Shown piece by piece: positions 1-10,544 of a stretch of DNA of 64,000 nucleotides. The notes beneath the pieces were generated by a model, which made no database searches, had not been told where the DNA came from, and saw nothing but the letters and a program-made list of their open reading frames with translations. Position numbers and translations under genes: made by a program. The stretch is taken from positions 1,760,001 through 1,824,000 of the forward strand of contig CAWGMQ010000005.1 in the NCBI GenBank assembly GCA_963823665.1, given 5' to 3'. Positions within the stretch are counted from its first letter, which is position 1. Each line of letters starts with the position of its first letter. This DNA comes from an uncultured Planctomycetota bacterium. Lineage in GTDB: Bacteria; Planctomycetota; Planctomycetia; Isosphaerales; Isosphaeraceae.

Positions 1-281
1 GCGAACGGTCCGTGTCCAAAACGAAAGCACGCCAAGCCGTTCGAACCTGCGGCGCTGGGGGAAACTGATCGGAGCCTTTTCGGAATGAGATGGGGCAGCA
101 ACCACCGCCAATTCTCGACCACCGACATTCCCTTTCCATTGCAAATCACATTTCCGTCTTCATCCAGGTCGACGCCTGAGCTCGGGTTCGGGGGGATTCG
201 AACCCCGAGCTCCTTCGAGTTCGAGCCAATTACGGGCGACCCCTGGTCGTTCTGCTTCATCGCGCGATAGATCGTCGGCAT
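1..281 (-). CDS. Small hypothetical protein, possibly Tse2-like ADP-ribosyltransferase fold (partial, runs off window edge)
   Basis: Not in the ORF track. Hand translation from ATG at 281 is open to the edge: MPTIYRAMKQNDQGSPVIGSNSKELGVRIPPNPSSGVDLDEDGNVICNGKGMSVVENWRWLLPHLIPKRL... The 'IYR' and 'GMSV' motifs resemble the R and S strands of ART folds. Confidence 0.55.
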   Translation of the reverse strand, partial: MPTIYRAMKQNDQGSPVIGSNSKELGVRIPPNPSSGVDLDEDGNVICNGKGMSVVENWRWLLPHLIPKRLRSVSPSAAGSNGLACFRFGHGPF

Positions 282-413
282 GTCTTGTTAGTTGCGACGT
301 GCACCACAGAACCACTCGTTAGACCCCATTCTAGCACGCGCGGCACTCAATCACGAGGCTCGTTCGCGGACGTGCCCTCACATCCTGCCGTCGGTACGCT
401 ACCAGCGCCAACA

Positions 414-2183
414 CTAAAGCGTCTTCAAGAATGCCACCAGTTCAGCGACCTCTTTCGGAGAGAGCACCAGTCCCCGCGGGTGCTTTTCCTTCTGGAAGAC
501 TTCTTCGAGCGATCGGACTCGGCCGTCGTGCAAGAACGCATCCCTGCCGCTTACTCCCCGCAGCGAAGGCGGATTGAATTCGCGATTGCCCACCTCGTCT
601 CGCAGGCCGACGTCGTAACGTTCTGGCGACGTGTATTCCGGCACGGCGTGGCACGCGCCGCACTTACGTTCCTGGAAACTGACCCGCCCGGCGGCAATCT
701 CCGGCGATTCTGGTCTGTCGGCGCCGGTCGCCAATCGCGGCGGGGGCGAAAGCGTCTCGAGATAGGCCTTCAGGTCGGCAACCTGCGAATCCTTGAGCTT
801 CGTGCCGTGCATGGTCGTCGCGATCGACTTGGCCACCTGGTCTTCGAGTCGCGCCATCGAGCCGGTCCATGTCCACGGGCCGGTCGCAGCCACACCAAGC
901 AACGAGGGCACACGCTTGGGTGCGCCGTAAGATCCGTCACCGAGGGTATCGCTCAGGAGGTTGTTGGTGTGTCCGTCGGTGTGACAGCTATGGCAGCTCA
1001 TCCAGCCGTCGTGCGAAAGCTTGGCGTTATAGAACAACCGTTCGCCTCTCTGTGGGGCAGTCATGTCGGGCCTCGGCCCGAGCGAGATCGTCGCGGTGCG
1101 CATGCCAGTCGCGGTCAGGATGACCGAGACCGTGTCGTCCAGACGATTCGCCACGAAGACAGACGAGCCGTCGGGGCTGGAGGCCACCGCCGCCGGCCCA
1201 TTCCCCACAACGATTCGCCGCGGGCCCTGGTCGGGGCTTGGCGTGATCGCGATCTCGTCGACGCCAGGCAGTGCGACGACAAGGTTGCCGCCCGTCGAGA
1301 ACGCGACTCGGCCCGGGTCGCCCGCCGCGTAGCCGACGTCGCCCAGATCGAACAGCCGGCCGCCGTCCAGGAGCGTACTGGCTGAGCTTGCTCCAAAGAG
1401 TTTGTCGGTTGGAAGCATTCGCAGGTGGTTGCGGATGAGCAGGCCCCAGTGCACGTCGTCGAACGTGCTTTGCGCCAGGTGATTGAGGTATTGATGCGCG
1501 ATCACGAGTGATTTGCCGTCGGGCGCAAAGGCCATTCCGCGGATGTTATGCCCTGGGATCGTGCGCACCGATTCAATGGCATGGCGCTGGCTGTCAATCA
1601 CCGCCAGACCACCCCCGAAGGCGTCTGCGACCACGAGTTTCGACCCGTCGCCCGAGGTCGCCAGCTCGCCGGGGCAGAACGGCAGATCGAGACTGGCGAT
1701 GGCCGCGATGGCCGTGGCTTTGCCCATCGGCCCGTTGGTGATGGAGACGAACGTCAGCCGGCGCGACCAGCGCGAGACCACTGCACACGCCGCGCCGTCG
1801 CCCAGCACGGCCAGACGAACCGGATCGGGGCTTACCTTCAGCCGATCGAGCACCTGCACCTTGAGATCGTGGCAGTCCAGGAGTAGCAGCTCGTTCGATC
1901 CTTCGTCGACGGCCAGTAGCCGCTTCTCTTTGAGGGCAGCCAGATCGGTCAGGCTGCGGCCCAGATCGTGTTCAGCGACGGTCCTGGTTGTCGCCACGTC
2001 GATGATCGACAGACTGCCGCTACGCCGGTTGGCCGCGACGACCGTGTTGCCTGAATCGACAAAAACCAGCGCGACGGGCTGCCGCTGGCGGGGCACAAGC
2101 TCGCCGGACGTTGTCTGGGAAGTGAGGAGCATCGCCGCCGGCAACGCCCCAGCTAGAAAAAGACGGTCAAGCGGAATTCGCAT
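414..2183 (-). CDS. Secreted YVTN-type beta-propeller + di-haem cytochrome c peroxidase-like protein
   Basis: Signal peptide, beta-propeller repeats (VANRLDDTVSVI), two CxxCH motifs (CHSCH, CGACH), PSLRGV...FLHDGR motif. Confidence 0.85.
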   Translation of the reverse strand: MRIPLDRLFLAGALPAAMLLTSQTTSGELVPRQRQPVALVFVDSGNTVVAANRRSGSLSIIDVATTRTVAEHDLGRSLTDLAALKEKRLLAVDEGSNELLLLDCHDLKVQVLDRLKVSPDPVRLAVLGDGAACAVVSRWSRRLTFVSITNGPMGKATAIAAIASLDLPFCPGELATSGDGSKLVVADAFGGGLAVIDSQRHAIESVRTIPGHNIRGMAFAPDGKSLVIAHQYLNHLAQSTFDDVHWGLLIRNHLRMLPTDKLFGASSASTLLDGGRLFDLGDVGYAAGDPGRVAFSTGGNLVVALPGVDEIAITPSPDQGPRRIVVGNGPAAVASSPDGSSVFVANRLDDTVSVILTATGMRTATISLGPRPDMTAPQRGERLFYNAKLSHDGWMSCHSCHTDGHTNNLLSDTLGDGSYGAPKRVPSLLGVAATGPWTWTGSMARLEDQVAKSIATTMHGTKLKDSQVADLKAYLETLSPPPRLATGADRPESPEIAAGRVSFQERKCGACHAVPEYTSPERYDVGLRDEVGNREFNPPSLRGVSGRDAFLHDGRVRSLEEVFQKEKHPRGLVLSPKEVAELVAFLKTL

Positions 2184-2212
2184 GGTGACACCTCGAGCCC
2201 GCTAGCGGAGGG

Positions 2213-3730
2213 TCAGGATCTCTTGAGCAACAGCCGAATCTGCTCGACGGCTTTATTCACCGCAGCGTCGGGCACGGAGTCCGCCTTCTTGGAAGCCGCC
2301 GGGCCGAGCCGAAGCAAGGCAGCCTGGGCCGCTCGGTTCTCGGCGAGCTGGTGGTCGGGATGTACTCCGGAGTTTTTGTTCTCCGGCTGGTGTACCGGGG
2401 GGCCGAAAAATTGATCGAAGGCCGGCGCGCGGGTCGTTTGATCGAAAGCCGACACCGGCCGGCCGTCGCCGCGCTCGAGAATCCCGGTCGTCAGCGAGAC
2501 GGACCAATCGCTCTTTCCGATCCGGACGAATGACGTGGCCACCGCATTTCCGAAGTTCGCGCGGGCGCTTGACGTCGGACTCCCGACCACGATTCCCCGG
2601 TGATTATCCTGGATCGCAGCGGCCAGCCATTCCGCGGCACCGGACGTGTTGCTGTCCACGAGCACGGCGATCGGCCAGCCCCGGAAGATCGCATCGGAAT
2701 CTGCCTGGTAGACTGTCTCGCCCTGGCTGGTCTGCACCCGTCCGATCGTGCCGTGATCGAGTAGGCTGTCGGCCAGCAGGAGCGCGGTGTGGACCGAATT
2801 GCTCCTGCTTCTCCGCAAGTCGAGAACGATCGCCTTGATCCCTTGTTTCTCGAGCTCGAGCGCAATCTTGCGGAGCTCGTGGGGCGTGCTACCGGCCATC
2901 ATGTTGATTCGCAAGTAAGCGATGGGATCGGAATCACTGATCCGGAAGTCCCAGTCGCCGGCCGGCTGCTTGCGGCAGCCCGCGATCGTTGGAAGCGGGT
3001 GCTGCCCGCGCACGATGCTGTAGATCCGCGACTGCGCGGCGCCGGGCTGGCGGACCTTGATTGTCACGGTCGTGCCCTCGTCGCCGCGCAGGCGATCGAC
3101 TGCATCCCTCAATGGCATTCCCTTGGTGTCAACGCCTTCAATCTGTTCGACCAGATCATTTGACTTGACTCCGGCTCGGTCGGCGGGCCCTCCCTCGATC
3201 ACTTGTGCGATACTGGGCCGCTTCTCCGCTTCGTCCACGCTGAGAGCAATGTGAATTCCGACATAGCGATTTCCCGCATTCTGCTCCTGAACCTTGCGCT
3301 CCTTCTCCGGCACCAGTTGAGCGTTTCCGGAGACATTGGTCAGCAGCCCGTTCAGCAACGCCTCTTCAAGCTCCTTGGCCGTCACCGACTTGCTGGTCGA
3401 AGCCGGCCAGATGTCATCGAGCAAGCGCGCGAGTTGCTCAGGGGTGGTCACGCCGGACACGCGGCTGCTCAACCGGAGTGGGACCGGAGCGCCGGCGGCT
3501 TTGTAAAGCGCCTGGATGCCTGTGAGGATCATCTGCTGACGCGCCGGCGGGTCGATATGATGCTCCAGCACCGTGTCGACGACGCTTTCGACGAGTATTG
3601 CCAGGCCGGCAGGCGCCGATGACGGCTTTGACTGCTCGTTGGAAGGCACATCGGCGAAGGCCGTTCGTGGCCCGGTGAAGCCAACGGAAAGCGCAACCAG
3701 TCCCGCCAATGTCGTTTCAACTAGACGCAT
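2213..3730 (-). CDS. S41A/CtpA-like C-terminal peptidase with PDZ domain (catalytic residues degenerate)
   Basis: Signal peptide; PDZ (YVGIHIAL...GGPADRAGVKSND); IAYLRI, LDLR and PIAVLVDSNTSGAAE motifs. Confidence 0.85.
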   Translation of the reverse strand: MRLVETTLAGLVALSVGFTGPRTAFADVPSNEQSKPSSAPAGLAILVESVVDTVLEHHIDPPARQQMILTGIQALYKAAGAPVPLRLSSRVSGVTTPEQLARLLDDIWPASTSKSVTAKELEEALLNGLLTNVSGNAQLVPEKERKVQEQNAGNRYVGIHIALSVDEAEKRPSIAQVIEGGPADRAGVKSNDLVEQIEGVDTKGMPLRDAVDRLRGDEGTTVTIKVRQPGAAQSRIYSIVRGQHPLPTIAGCRKQPAGDWDFRISDSDPIAYLRINMMAGSTPHELRKIALELEKQGIKAIVLDLRRSRSNSVHTALLLADSLLDHGTIGRVQTSQGETVYQADSDAIFRGWPIAVLVDSNTSGAAEWLAAAIQDNHRGIVVGSPTSSARANFGNAVATSFVRIGKSDWSVSLTTGILERGDGRPVSAFDQTTRAPAFDQFFGPPVHQPENKNSGVHPDHQLAENRAAQAALLRLGPAASKKADSVPDAAVNKAVEQIRLLLKRS

Positions 3731-4023
3731 GACAACTTTGACTCCTCGAGCCAGCGGATCCGATGCTGTTCAAGTGACGTCGAGAGCCCGGTCCGCCAGG
3801 ATATCCGATCGCGCGTGCACTTAACAACGGCGCTCGCACCTGACCGATGAACGGTCAAGAGAGCGCTTTCGTTTCCATCTCCGCCTCTACGAGGCCGGAA
3901 AACCGTATCGTGAGCCGGTCCGCGGGCTCGCGCCGACCGCCGGGCATGTCGCTCAACGATCGTTTCAACATCCATCCGGTTCGTGGACCCGGATGTGCTC
4001 CAGACTTGGGTCGCGGATCAAGC

Positions 4024-6282
4024 TCAGGTGATGCGATTCCCCTTCGGCGAAATGGTGAGGATATCGGTCTGTGCCAGGGAAACGCCGGACGTATCATCCA
4101 CGCCACCGGCGAAGACCTGGATTCGTCCCCCTTTGGGAAATGTCTGTTTACCCGCAAGCAGCATGGTCACGGAGTTACTCGTCAGATCGGCTGCGGGAAT
4201 CGTGAAGCCGACACTCGCGTATACGGGTACTTTGGTCTTGATTTTCCGTTTGCCCACTTTCGTGGTCACCGTCTTGATGTTCTTGAGTACTTCAATCTCG
4301 TAATTTGCGCCATTAGCGAGTGACGTCTGATCCATGCCGGTGCTGAACGTGATCGTGTAGCCTGAGACCGTCGGCTTGCCGGTCGGTTTGTGGGTTTTCT
4401 TGTTAACCTTCTGAGTAAGGACGACCGATTCACTGACGATCGTTGGTGGCGGAGGAGGGGGCGGGGGCGGAGGAGCGGGCGGCGGCGGCGGTGGGGGCGC
4501 GACCGTCACGTTGAAGAGATTCGTCGTGGTCGAGCTCAATGACCCCGAGCTGATTCCTAGCGCGTAGCCGTCGCCTGGCTTGTTGAGCGATAACCCGCTA
4601 AACGTCACGGAGGCCGGCGTCGCACTCGCCGGTGAGATGCTGAGGCTGGTTGTGCCGCTCAATACAGTTCCGGCGCCCCCTGCATTAGTTGCCAGGGTTA
4701 CCCTCACGGTTCCTGCGAAATTCGGGTCGACGTTGTTGAAGGGATCCTCCGCGGCAACCGTGAAGTCAATCCCGCCGCCGGTGGAAAACGGGCCTGTCGG
4801 CTCGCTCGTCACGACCAGCTTGGTAGCCGCGGCCGCCGACACGCTGAACGCGCCGGTGGTCACGGCCAAGGGCGCTCCTGTCCCGGTGCTCGCCGCCTGG
4901 AGCGCGTAACCGGCAACTGCTTTATCAAGCGTCAGTGTTGAGAATGTCGCAACGCCCTTCACCGCCGGCACACTGAAATTCCCGCCCACCGTGCTCGAGC
5001 CACCGGTCGGCACACTGGCCACCGAGGCCGTCACGGTGCCATTGAAGAGCAGGTCGACGATACCCGCGCCATACTCGCCCGTGACCGTCATGCCAAAGTC
5101 TTGCCCGGCCGTGACACCCGCGGGCGGGGTCGTCACGACGAAGTGGGGCTGAACATTCAAGTTCACGACCCCAATCGCACCGCCGGCGTCGGCGAACCAC
5201 ACGTTCCCGTCAGGCCCGGCCGTGATCGCCACCGGATTGGGGGTTGTGACAACGTTAGTCGGGATGGAAAGCGTCTGCGTGATTGCAGGGGTGGCAGGGT
5301 CGATCTGATCGATCGTGCCCGCGGTCGTCCCGTTGCTGGTCACTGCAACCCAGATATTGCTGTCCGGCCCCGTCGTGATTCCGAACGGTTCAGTCGACGC
5401 CGGCAGTGGGATCTCTTGAACTGCGTATGGGGAGCTCTTGTTGACGATGCCGATGGCGTACGAGTTGTAAGCGGTCCCAGCAGAATTGCGGTTGCCCGCG
5501 ACATACCAGATGTTGCCGTCGGGACCGACCGTGAGATCAAACGGCTGTTCGCTCGTTCCGCCCGGAAGCGGCACCTGGTTTACGAGACTTCCGTTTGCCG
5601 GGTTGAATATCGCGATTCCGCCCAATTCCGCGGCCCAGAGATATCCGTCGGGCCCGAAAACGATTTGTGACTCGAATCCCGCTCCCATCCCCGCGGGCGC
5701 AGGAAACTCCGTGATCTGGCCGGTCGTCGGATTGAGCTCGGCGAGCTTGTCGGCCAATGCCTCCGTGAACCAGATATCGCCGTCGGCAGATGTGATTCCA
5801 ATCGGGCCTGCGTTCGCGCTCATTCCAGCGGAACTGCCGAAGTTTTGGATGGGTTGCCCGGTGTTGTTCGGATTGAACATTCCAATCGCATTGACCGTTG
5901 GGTTCGATTCCGTGAACCACAGGTCGCCGTTCGGCCCTGATGTGATCTGCGCGAGACTCGCGCTGGCCGGCAACCCGCTCGAAAACGTGTTGATCACATG
6001 AGTTGTGGCGTCAATCCTCCCGATGGCATTGCCGGTTTGCTCGATGAACCACACATTGCCGTCAGACCCGGTCGTGATCGCCGTCGGCAGAACGGTCGAG
6101 CTCGAAATAGGGAACTCGGTGATCGTGGCCAGCAGCGTGCGCGGCTCAAGCCACTCCAGTACGGGCCGGCGCCTTTGTCTCTTGGTCCACCGAGTCGTTC
6201 GCGCAGCGTGCATCCACACGAAGAGATCACGGGGTAACCGCGATTGATCCGACGCCTTCATGACGAGCTCCGCGACAATCAA
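4024..6282 (-). CDS. Planctomycete extracellular protein with Vgb-lyase-like beta-propeller, Ig-like domains and Pro-rich linker
   Basis: RRRPVLEWLEPRTLLA planctomycete export motif; repeated ITxGPDGNIW; poly-Pro tract. True start may be a later codon. Confidence 0.8.
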   Translation of the reverse strand: MIVAELVMKASDQSRLPRDLFVWMHAARTTRWTKRQRRRPVLEWLEPRTLLATITEFPISSSTVLPTAITTGSDGNVWFIEQTGNAIGRIDATTHVINTFSSGLPASASLAQITSGPNGDLWFTESNPTVNAIGMFNPNNTGQPIQNFGSSAGMSANAGPIGITSADGDIWFTEALADKLAELNPTTGQITEFPAPAGMGAGFESQIVFGPDGYLWAAELGGIAIFNPANGSLVNQVPLPGGTSEQPFDLTVGPDGNIWYVAGNRNSAGTAYNSYAIGIVNKSSPYAVQEIPLPASTEPFGITTGPDSNIWVAVTSNGTTAGTIDQIDPATPAITQTLSIPTNVVTTPNPVAITAGPDGNVWFADAGGAIGVVNLNVQPHFVVTTPPAGVTAGQDFGMTVTGEYGAGIVDLLFNGTVTASVASVPTGGSSTVGGNFSVPAVKGVATFSTLTLDKAVAGYALQAASTGTGAPLAVTTGAFSVSAAAATKLVVTSEPTGPFSTGGGIDFTVAAEDPFNNVDPNFAGTVRVTLATNAGGAGTVLSGTTSLSISPASATPASVTFSGLSLNKPGDGYALGISSGSLSSTTTNLFNVTVAPPPPPPPAPPPPPPPPPPTIVSESVVLTQKVNKKTHKPTGKPTVSGYTITFSTGMDQTSLANGANYEIEVLKNIKTVTTKVGKRKIKTKVPVYASVGFTIPAADLTSNSVTMLLAGKQTFPKGGRIQVFAGGVDDTSGVSLAQTDILTISPKGNRIT

Positions 6283-7803
6283 GCAACCGGGCCTCGTGGA
6301 CGTGGCGAAGAAAGGGATCCCGGTTCGCTTTCGAGCAGTTTGGAAAACTTAGAACGCCAATCCGCCATCATCGTAAGCGAATCTCTAGGCGCATGCAACC
6401 TACCATCTGAGCCACCCGCATTCCGACCGAGCCGGGCGTCACAATCGTTGTGCCCCTGAATGGATCGACCAAGCCGATTCCAACAGACATCTGCGACGTG
6501 TTGCAATAAATCGACGAGTGAGCGGCATGTCCCGTATTTTCAACATCGGGCCGGTTGCGCTCGAGCAGGCCAAAACCAGCCGCCTGCGCGCTACATCGCG
6601 AGTGAACTGCTCGCACTCGAACGCTCATCGCCCACACTGAATTCACGCATCCATGCTAGTCCTTTGCTGATCCTTAACCTCTTTTTGCTTAATGGCTTAG
6701 AGCATTTGTCGCAGCCAATTTCCAAAACCACATGGGGTGACGTATTCCATTGACGTCACGCCGAGCTGGGCCAGGCCGGCGGGATGAGCAGACCTGGAGA
6801 CAAGGTCGACTTGGACAACGTTCCCTTTTCCATAAAGTCTTGTGGAGTAGGCTTTGGGGGAAAGTCGCAGGTCTAGCCGGCGGCCGATTCTCCGAGGTCA
6901 GTCATTCGGATCGTCATCGATAATGACCACACGCACTGAACTCCGACTGCCACCCAACTAACGTAGTGCGTTGACTGGTAGCGGAAAGGCGCAGTCCTGA
7001 GAGCAAGACTCGTTCGTCTATCCAGGCTTCCGTGTGGTTTTCAACCAACAACACGCTTTTTTGTTTGAAATCCGAGTTCCGATTGGCTATCAGTAGAAGC
7101 CGCGATGTTCTGGCAGGCTGTAGTTTCCATCGAAAAACCGAGGATGTTACGTCTGTGGCCTTGGAGTCCAGGAGATGACCTGATATGATCTTTTCGCGAC
7201 TTTGAGCTAACCGCGCCGTACTCGTGCGGCACGGAGTTTCGGAGTCGCCGATTGTTCATGTTGACACGCATCTCCAGGCAATCCGGATGGGACACGGTAG
7301 GTGACGCGTAGCAGGACACCGCTCCTTCTCCCGGCGATGTTGACTCTTTGCCTCATGACCAATGAACCGGCCGGACAAGGATCACCTATGACCAAGCAAT
7401 ACCGAAATCGGGCGTCGGTCTGTTAGTGATCGTGGTGGAGCTTGGACGCGAGCCCGGGCGTCCTGTTGTCGTGATAGTCCCGGCGTCTTACTCCTGCTCA
7501 GCCGGAAACGGTGTTGTAACAACATCGGAGCGAGCGCAGTGGAGGAGTCAGAGAGGAACGGAAAACTTTCGCTCGTTGTTTCGCCCGCGAGTCCCATGCT
7601 GTTTGGTCTTACCTTCCCACCGTTTTTGGCTGGATCAGCCAGCATCAACGGTCACCGGCTACCTGGGACTGCAACTCGACGCTTGATGGGCAGCTTGCTC
7701 ATCGGGAAGCTTGGCGCCGGGATCGATCTGATCGAGTTGCGGCATTCCAAGGCAGATCACTCCGTCCAAACCGTGTCGACATCAAACTTCTAGGAGTTCC
7801 GAA

Positions 7804-8502
7804 ATGAAGAGAAGAGTTTTATTCCTTGCATTAGCTGCGGGTTTTGTAGTTTTGGGCTTGGCTGCCCAAGACGCCCGCGCGGGACAAATCATTCTCCCAA
7901 CGACATTGGACACGTTGTTGCCATCCGGGAACTACGCCGTCGTCGTTGGCGCGGAGACGTTGACGTTCTCGAGCTTCACCTATGCGGCAAGCTCTGTCCC
8001 GACAGGCTCTGCGCCCGCGGCGTCGAGCATCACCGTCAGCCCCTTCGCGGTCGGGAACGAGACCGGGTTCAGCCTGAATGGAACATTGAGCGCACCGGCA
8101 AACACGTTGGTTGACCTGACGATTACTTACATCGTGACGGCGCCCGCGGGTCAGCTACTCAATGATGCTGTCTTGGTGACTGCCGGAGGTAGCTTTGGCG
8201 GTACCGGCACCTACACCGTCGACGAGACGCTTGCCAACCCAATCACCTTTGCGACGGTCGGGACCTTGAGTGCATTCACTGGGAGCCCCACCGACAGCAC
8301 GACGTTTGCGGGCATTAACTCGCTCTATGTTACCAAGGACATCTATCTCAGTGGCGGCACCAAAGGTGTATCGCTTTCTGCGGTCACCCAAGGGTTTTCC
8401 TCCACCGGTGTCCCCGAGCCCACCTCATTGGCGCTCCTCGGCATCGGCATGACCGGATTCCTTGCGTTCCGCCGTTTCTTCAAGAAGACTTCGGTCGCTT
8501 GA
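7804..8502 (+). CDS. PEP-CTERM sorting domain protein
   Basis: Signal peptide; C-terminal VPEPTSLALLGIGMTGFLAFRRFFKK; RBS TAGGAG at 7791. Confidence 0.93.
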   Translation: MKRRVLFLALAAGFVVLGLAAQDARAGQIILPTTLDTLLPSGNYAVVVGAETLTFSSFTYAASSVPTGSAPAASSITVSPFAVGNETGFSLNGTLSAPANTLVDLTITYIVTAPAGQLLNDAVLVTAGGSFGGTGTYTVDETLANPITFATVGTLSAFTGSPTDSTTFAGINSLYVTKDIYLSGGTKGVSLSAVTQGFSSTGVPEPTSLALLGIGMTGFLAFRRFFKKTSVA

Positions 8503-8636
8503 ATCAGGCACACTAACCCAAGGCGTTCACGGCAACCCTGACCGAAGAATCCGTGATCAGCCGACCCGCTAACTCACACCAAGTCGGTTCGGAAGCATCA
8601 CTTACGACCACCACGGACTGATGCGCCGACAAAGAG

Positions 8637-8683
8637 AAAGACGGCAAGAGGGGTCTGAGCACCCTTCTTGCTGTTTTTTTTTT
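8637..8683 (+). terminator. Intrinsic terminator after the PEP-CTERM gene
   Basis: Stem ACGGCAAGAGGGGT / ACCCTTCTTGCTGT (14 bp with G-U pairs), 6-nt loop, followed by a run of about 10 T. Confidence 0.85.
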
Positions 8684-8894
8684 CGTACGCCAGCGCAGCC
8701 TTTTTCTAACCCATCGAGCGCATTTTTAAAGAGCCATATTGAGTATTGGCTGAAGGCCCGTTTCCACAACCTTTTATAGCACAGGAATTCACCCCGCGAG
8801 TAGACTTGCTCTTGTCTTTCGGCTTGTCTCGCCATAAGTTTCCGTTCTGCTGATTTTGTTGATTTGCCCACATTTCCCACCTGTGGCATCAGCC

Positions 8895-10540
8895 GTGACC
8901 AAGGACGCCTACGAGGCCTATGCCGAGTTGATCCGTCGCGCCGCGAGATGGCCGTGCTGGGCTCGTGTTCCTCTCTGCTGGGATGGGACGAGCAGACCTT
9001 CATGCCCGACGGAGGGGCGGGCCATCGCTCTGCTCAGATGGGCCTGCTCGCCGGGTTGCATCATGAGCGGGCGACGGATCCCATGATCGGGGAGTTTCTT
9101 GCCGTTGTTGAGAGTTCGGACCTCATCGCCGAGCCCGGATCACCGGCTGCGGTGAACGTGCGAGAAATTCGCCGAAGCTACGACCGACGTATCCGACTGC
9201 CGCGCAACCTGGTCGAAGAACTGGCACGCACGACCTCTCTGGCGCAGCCTGAGTGGGTCGCCGCCCGGTCGGCTCGCGATTTCGCCCGGTTCCGGCCGTG
9301 GTTGGAGAAAATTATCCAACTAAAGCGCCAAGAATCGGCCTGCCTCGGCGGTCAGTTGGCAACTTCTCACCACGAACCCGGTCAATCTCAGCCAGCCCGT
9401 TCCGCAGTCAGGGCCGGCTCGAGTGCCGGTCTGTTCATTTACGATCCGCTTCTCGATGAGTACGAGCCTGGGACAACGACGGAGCAGTTGGCGGTCGTCT
9501 TCCAGGCGCTGCGGCGCGAACTCGTGCCGCTTGCCGCGAAGGTCGCTGAGGGGAGCCTGGAGCGCGCGCAAGCGCCGGCTGCTCCCGGAGCCAATTCCAG
9601 CAATATGGGGTCGCCGCGGTCGGCGGCGATTCTAACCCGCCTTTACCCGCGGGATCGCCAGCAAGTCTTCGGTGAAGCGGCCGCCGCCGCCGTCGGCTTT
9701 GACTTTCAGCGCGGGCGGCTGGACGTAACCGCCCACCCGTTTTGCTCGGGTATCGGGCCGGGCGATTGCAGAATCACCACGCGCTACGACGAGCACAACT
9801 TCAACGATGCATTTTTCGGGATCTTGCACGAAGTCGGCCATGGCCTCTACGAGCAGGGCCTTGATCCGAACCATTACGGCACACCGATGGGCGAAGCCGT
9901 TTCACTCGGTATCCACGAGTCGCAGTCGCGTCTGTGGGAAAACGCGGTTGCCCGGAGCCTTCCTTTCTGGAGCTACTGGTTCCCGATCGCGCGGCGAGTT
10001 TTTCACGAGGCCCTCGCCGATGTCACGCTGGACGAGTTCCATGCCGCGGTTAACCACGTTGCCCCGTCGCTGATCCGCGTGCAGGCGGATGAGGTCACGT
10101 ACAATCTGCACATCATCGTTCGCTTCGAGATCGAGCAGGCACTGTTAACCGGCGACCTGCCCGTCACCGAGCTTCCCGCGGCCTGGAACCAGAAATACGA
10201 AGAAGTGCTGGGAGTCAAGCCACTCAATGATGCGGAAGGCTGCCTCCAGGACATTCACTGGAGCGCAGGGCTCATCGGCTACTTTCCGACCTACACGCTT
10301 GGCAATCTCTATGCGGCCCAGCTTTTCGCCCAGGCCCAGGCCGAGCTGGGTGGGCTTGACCAAGGCTTCGCACAGGGTGACTATAGGGCACTGCTGGCCT
10401 GGCTACGAGCGAAAGTTCATCGCGAAGGCCAGCGGCGCCGGCCTGTGGACCTGATCGAGCACATCACCGGCTCGAAGCCCGACCATCGCCCGCTGATCGC
10501 GGCGCTCACGAAGAAATACTCCGAGCTGTACGGCATCTAG
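8895..10540 (+). CDS. Carboxypeptidase M32 (Taq-like); frameshift near 8940
   Basis: [21 protein letters not shown] (HExxH), [27 protein letters not shown]. The N-terminal [15 protein letters not shown] lies in a neighbouring frame from GTG 8895. Confidence 0.92.
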
Positions 10541-10544
10541 ATTG

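Noticed and set aside
178..212. GGGGTTCGAATCCCC (minus strand) T-arm-like sequence and hairpin suggesting a tRNA
   Set aside because: No matching acceptor, D or anticodon stems; it lies in frame within a coding region (GVRIPP).
4445..4500. GGC/GGA-rich low-complexity tract
   Set aside because: Encodes the poly-proline linker of the extracellular protein.
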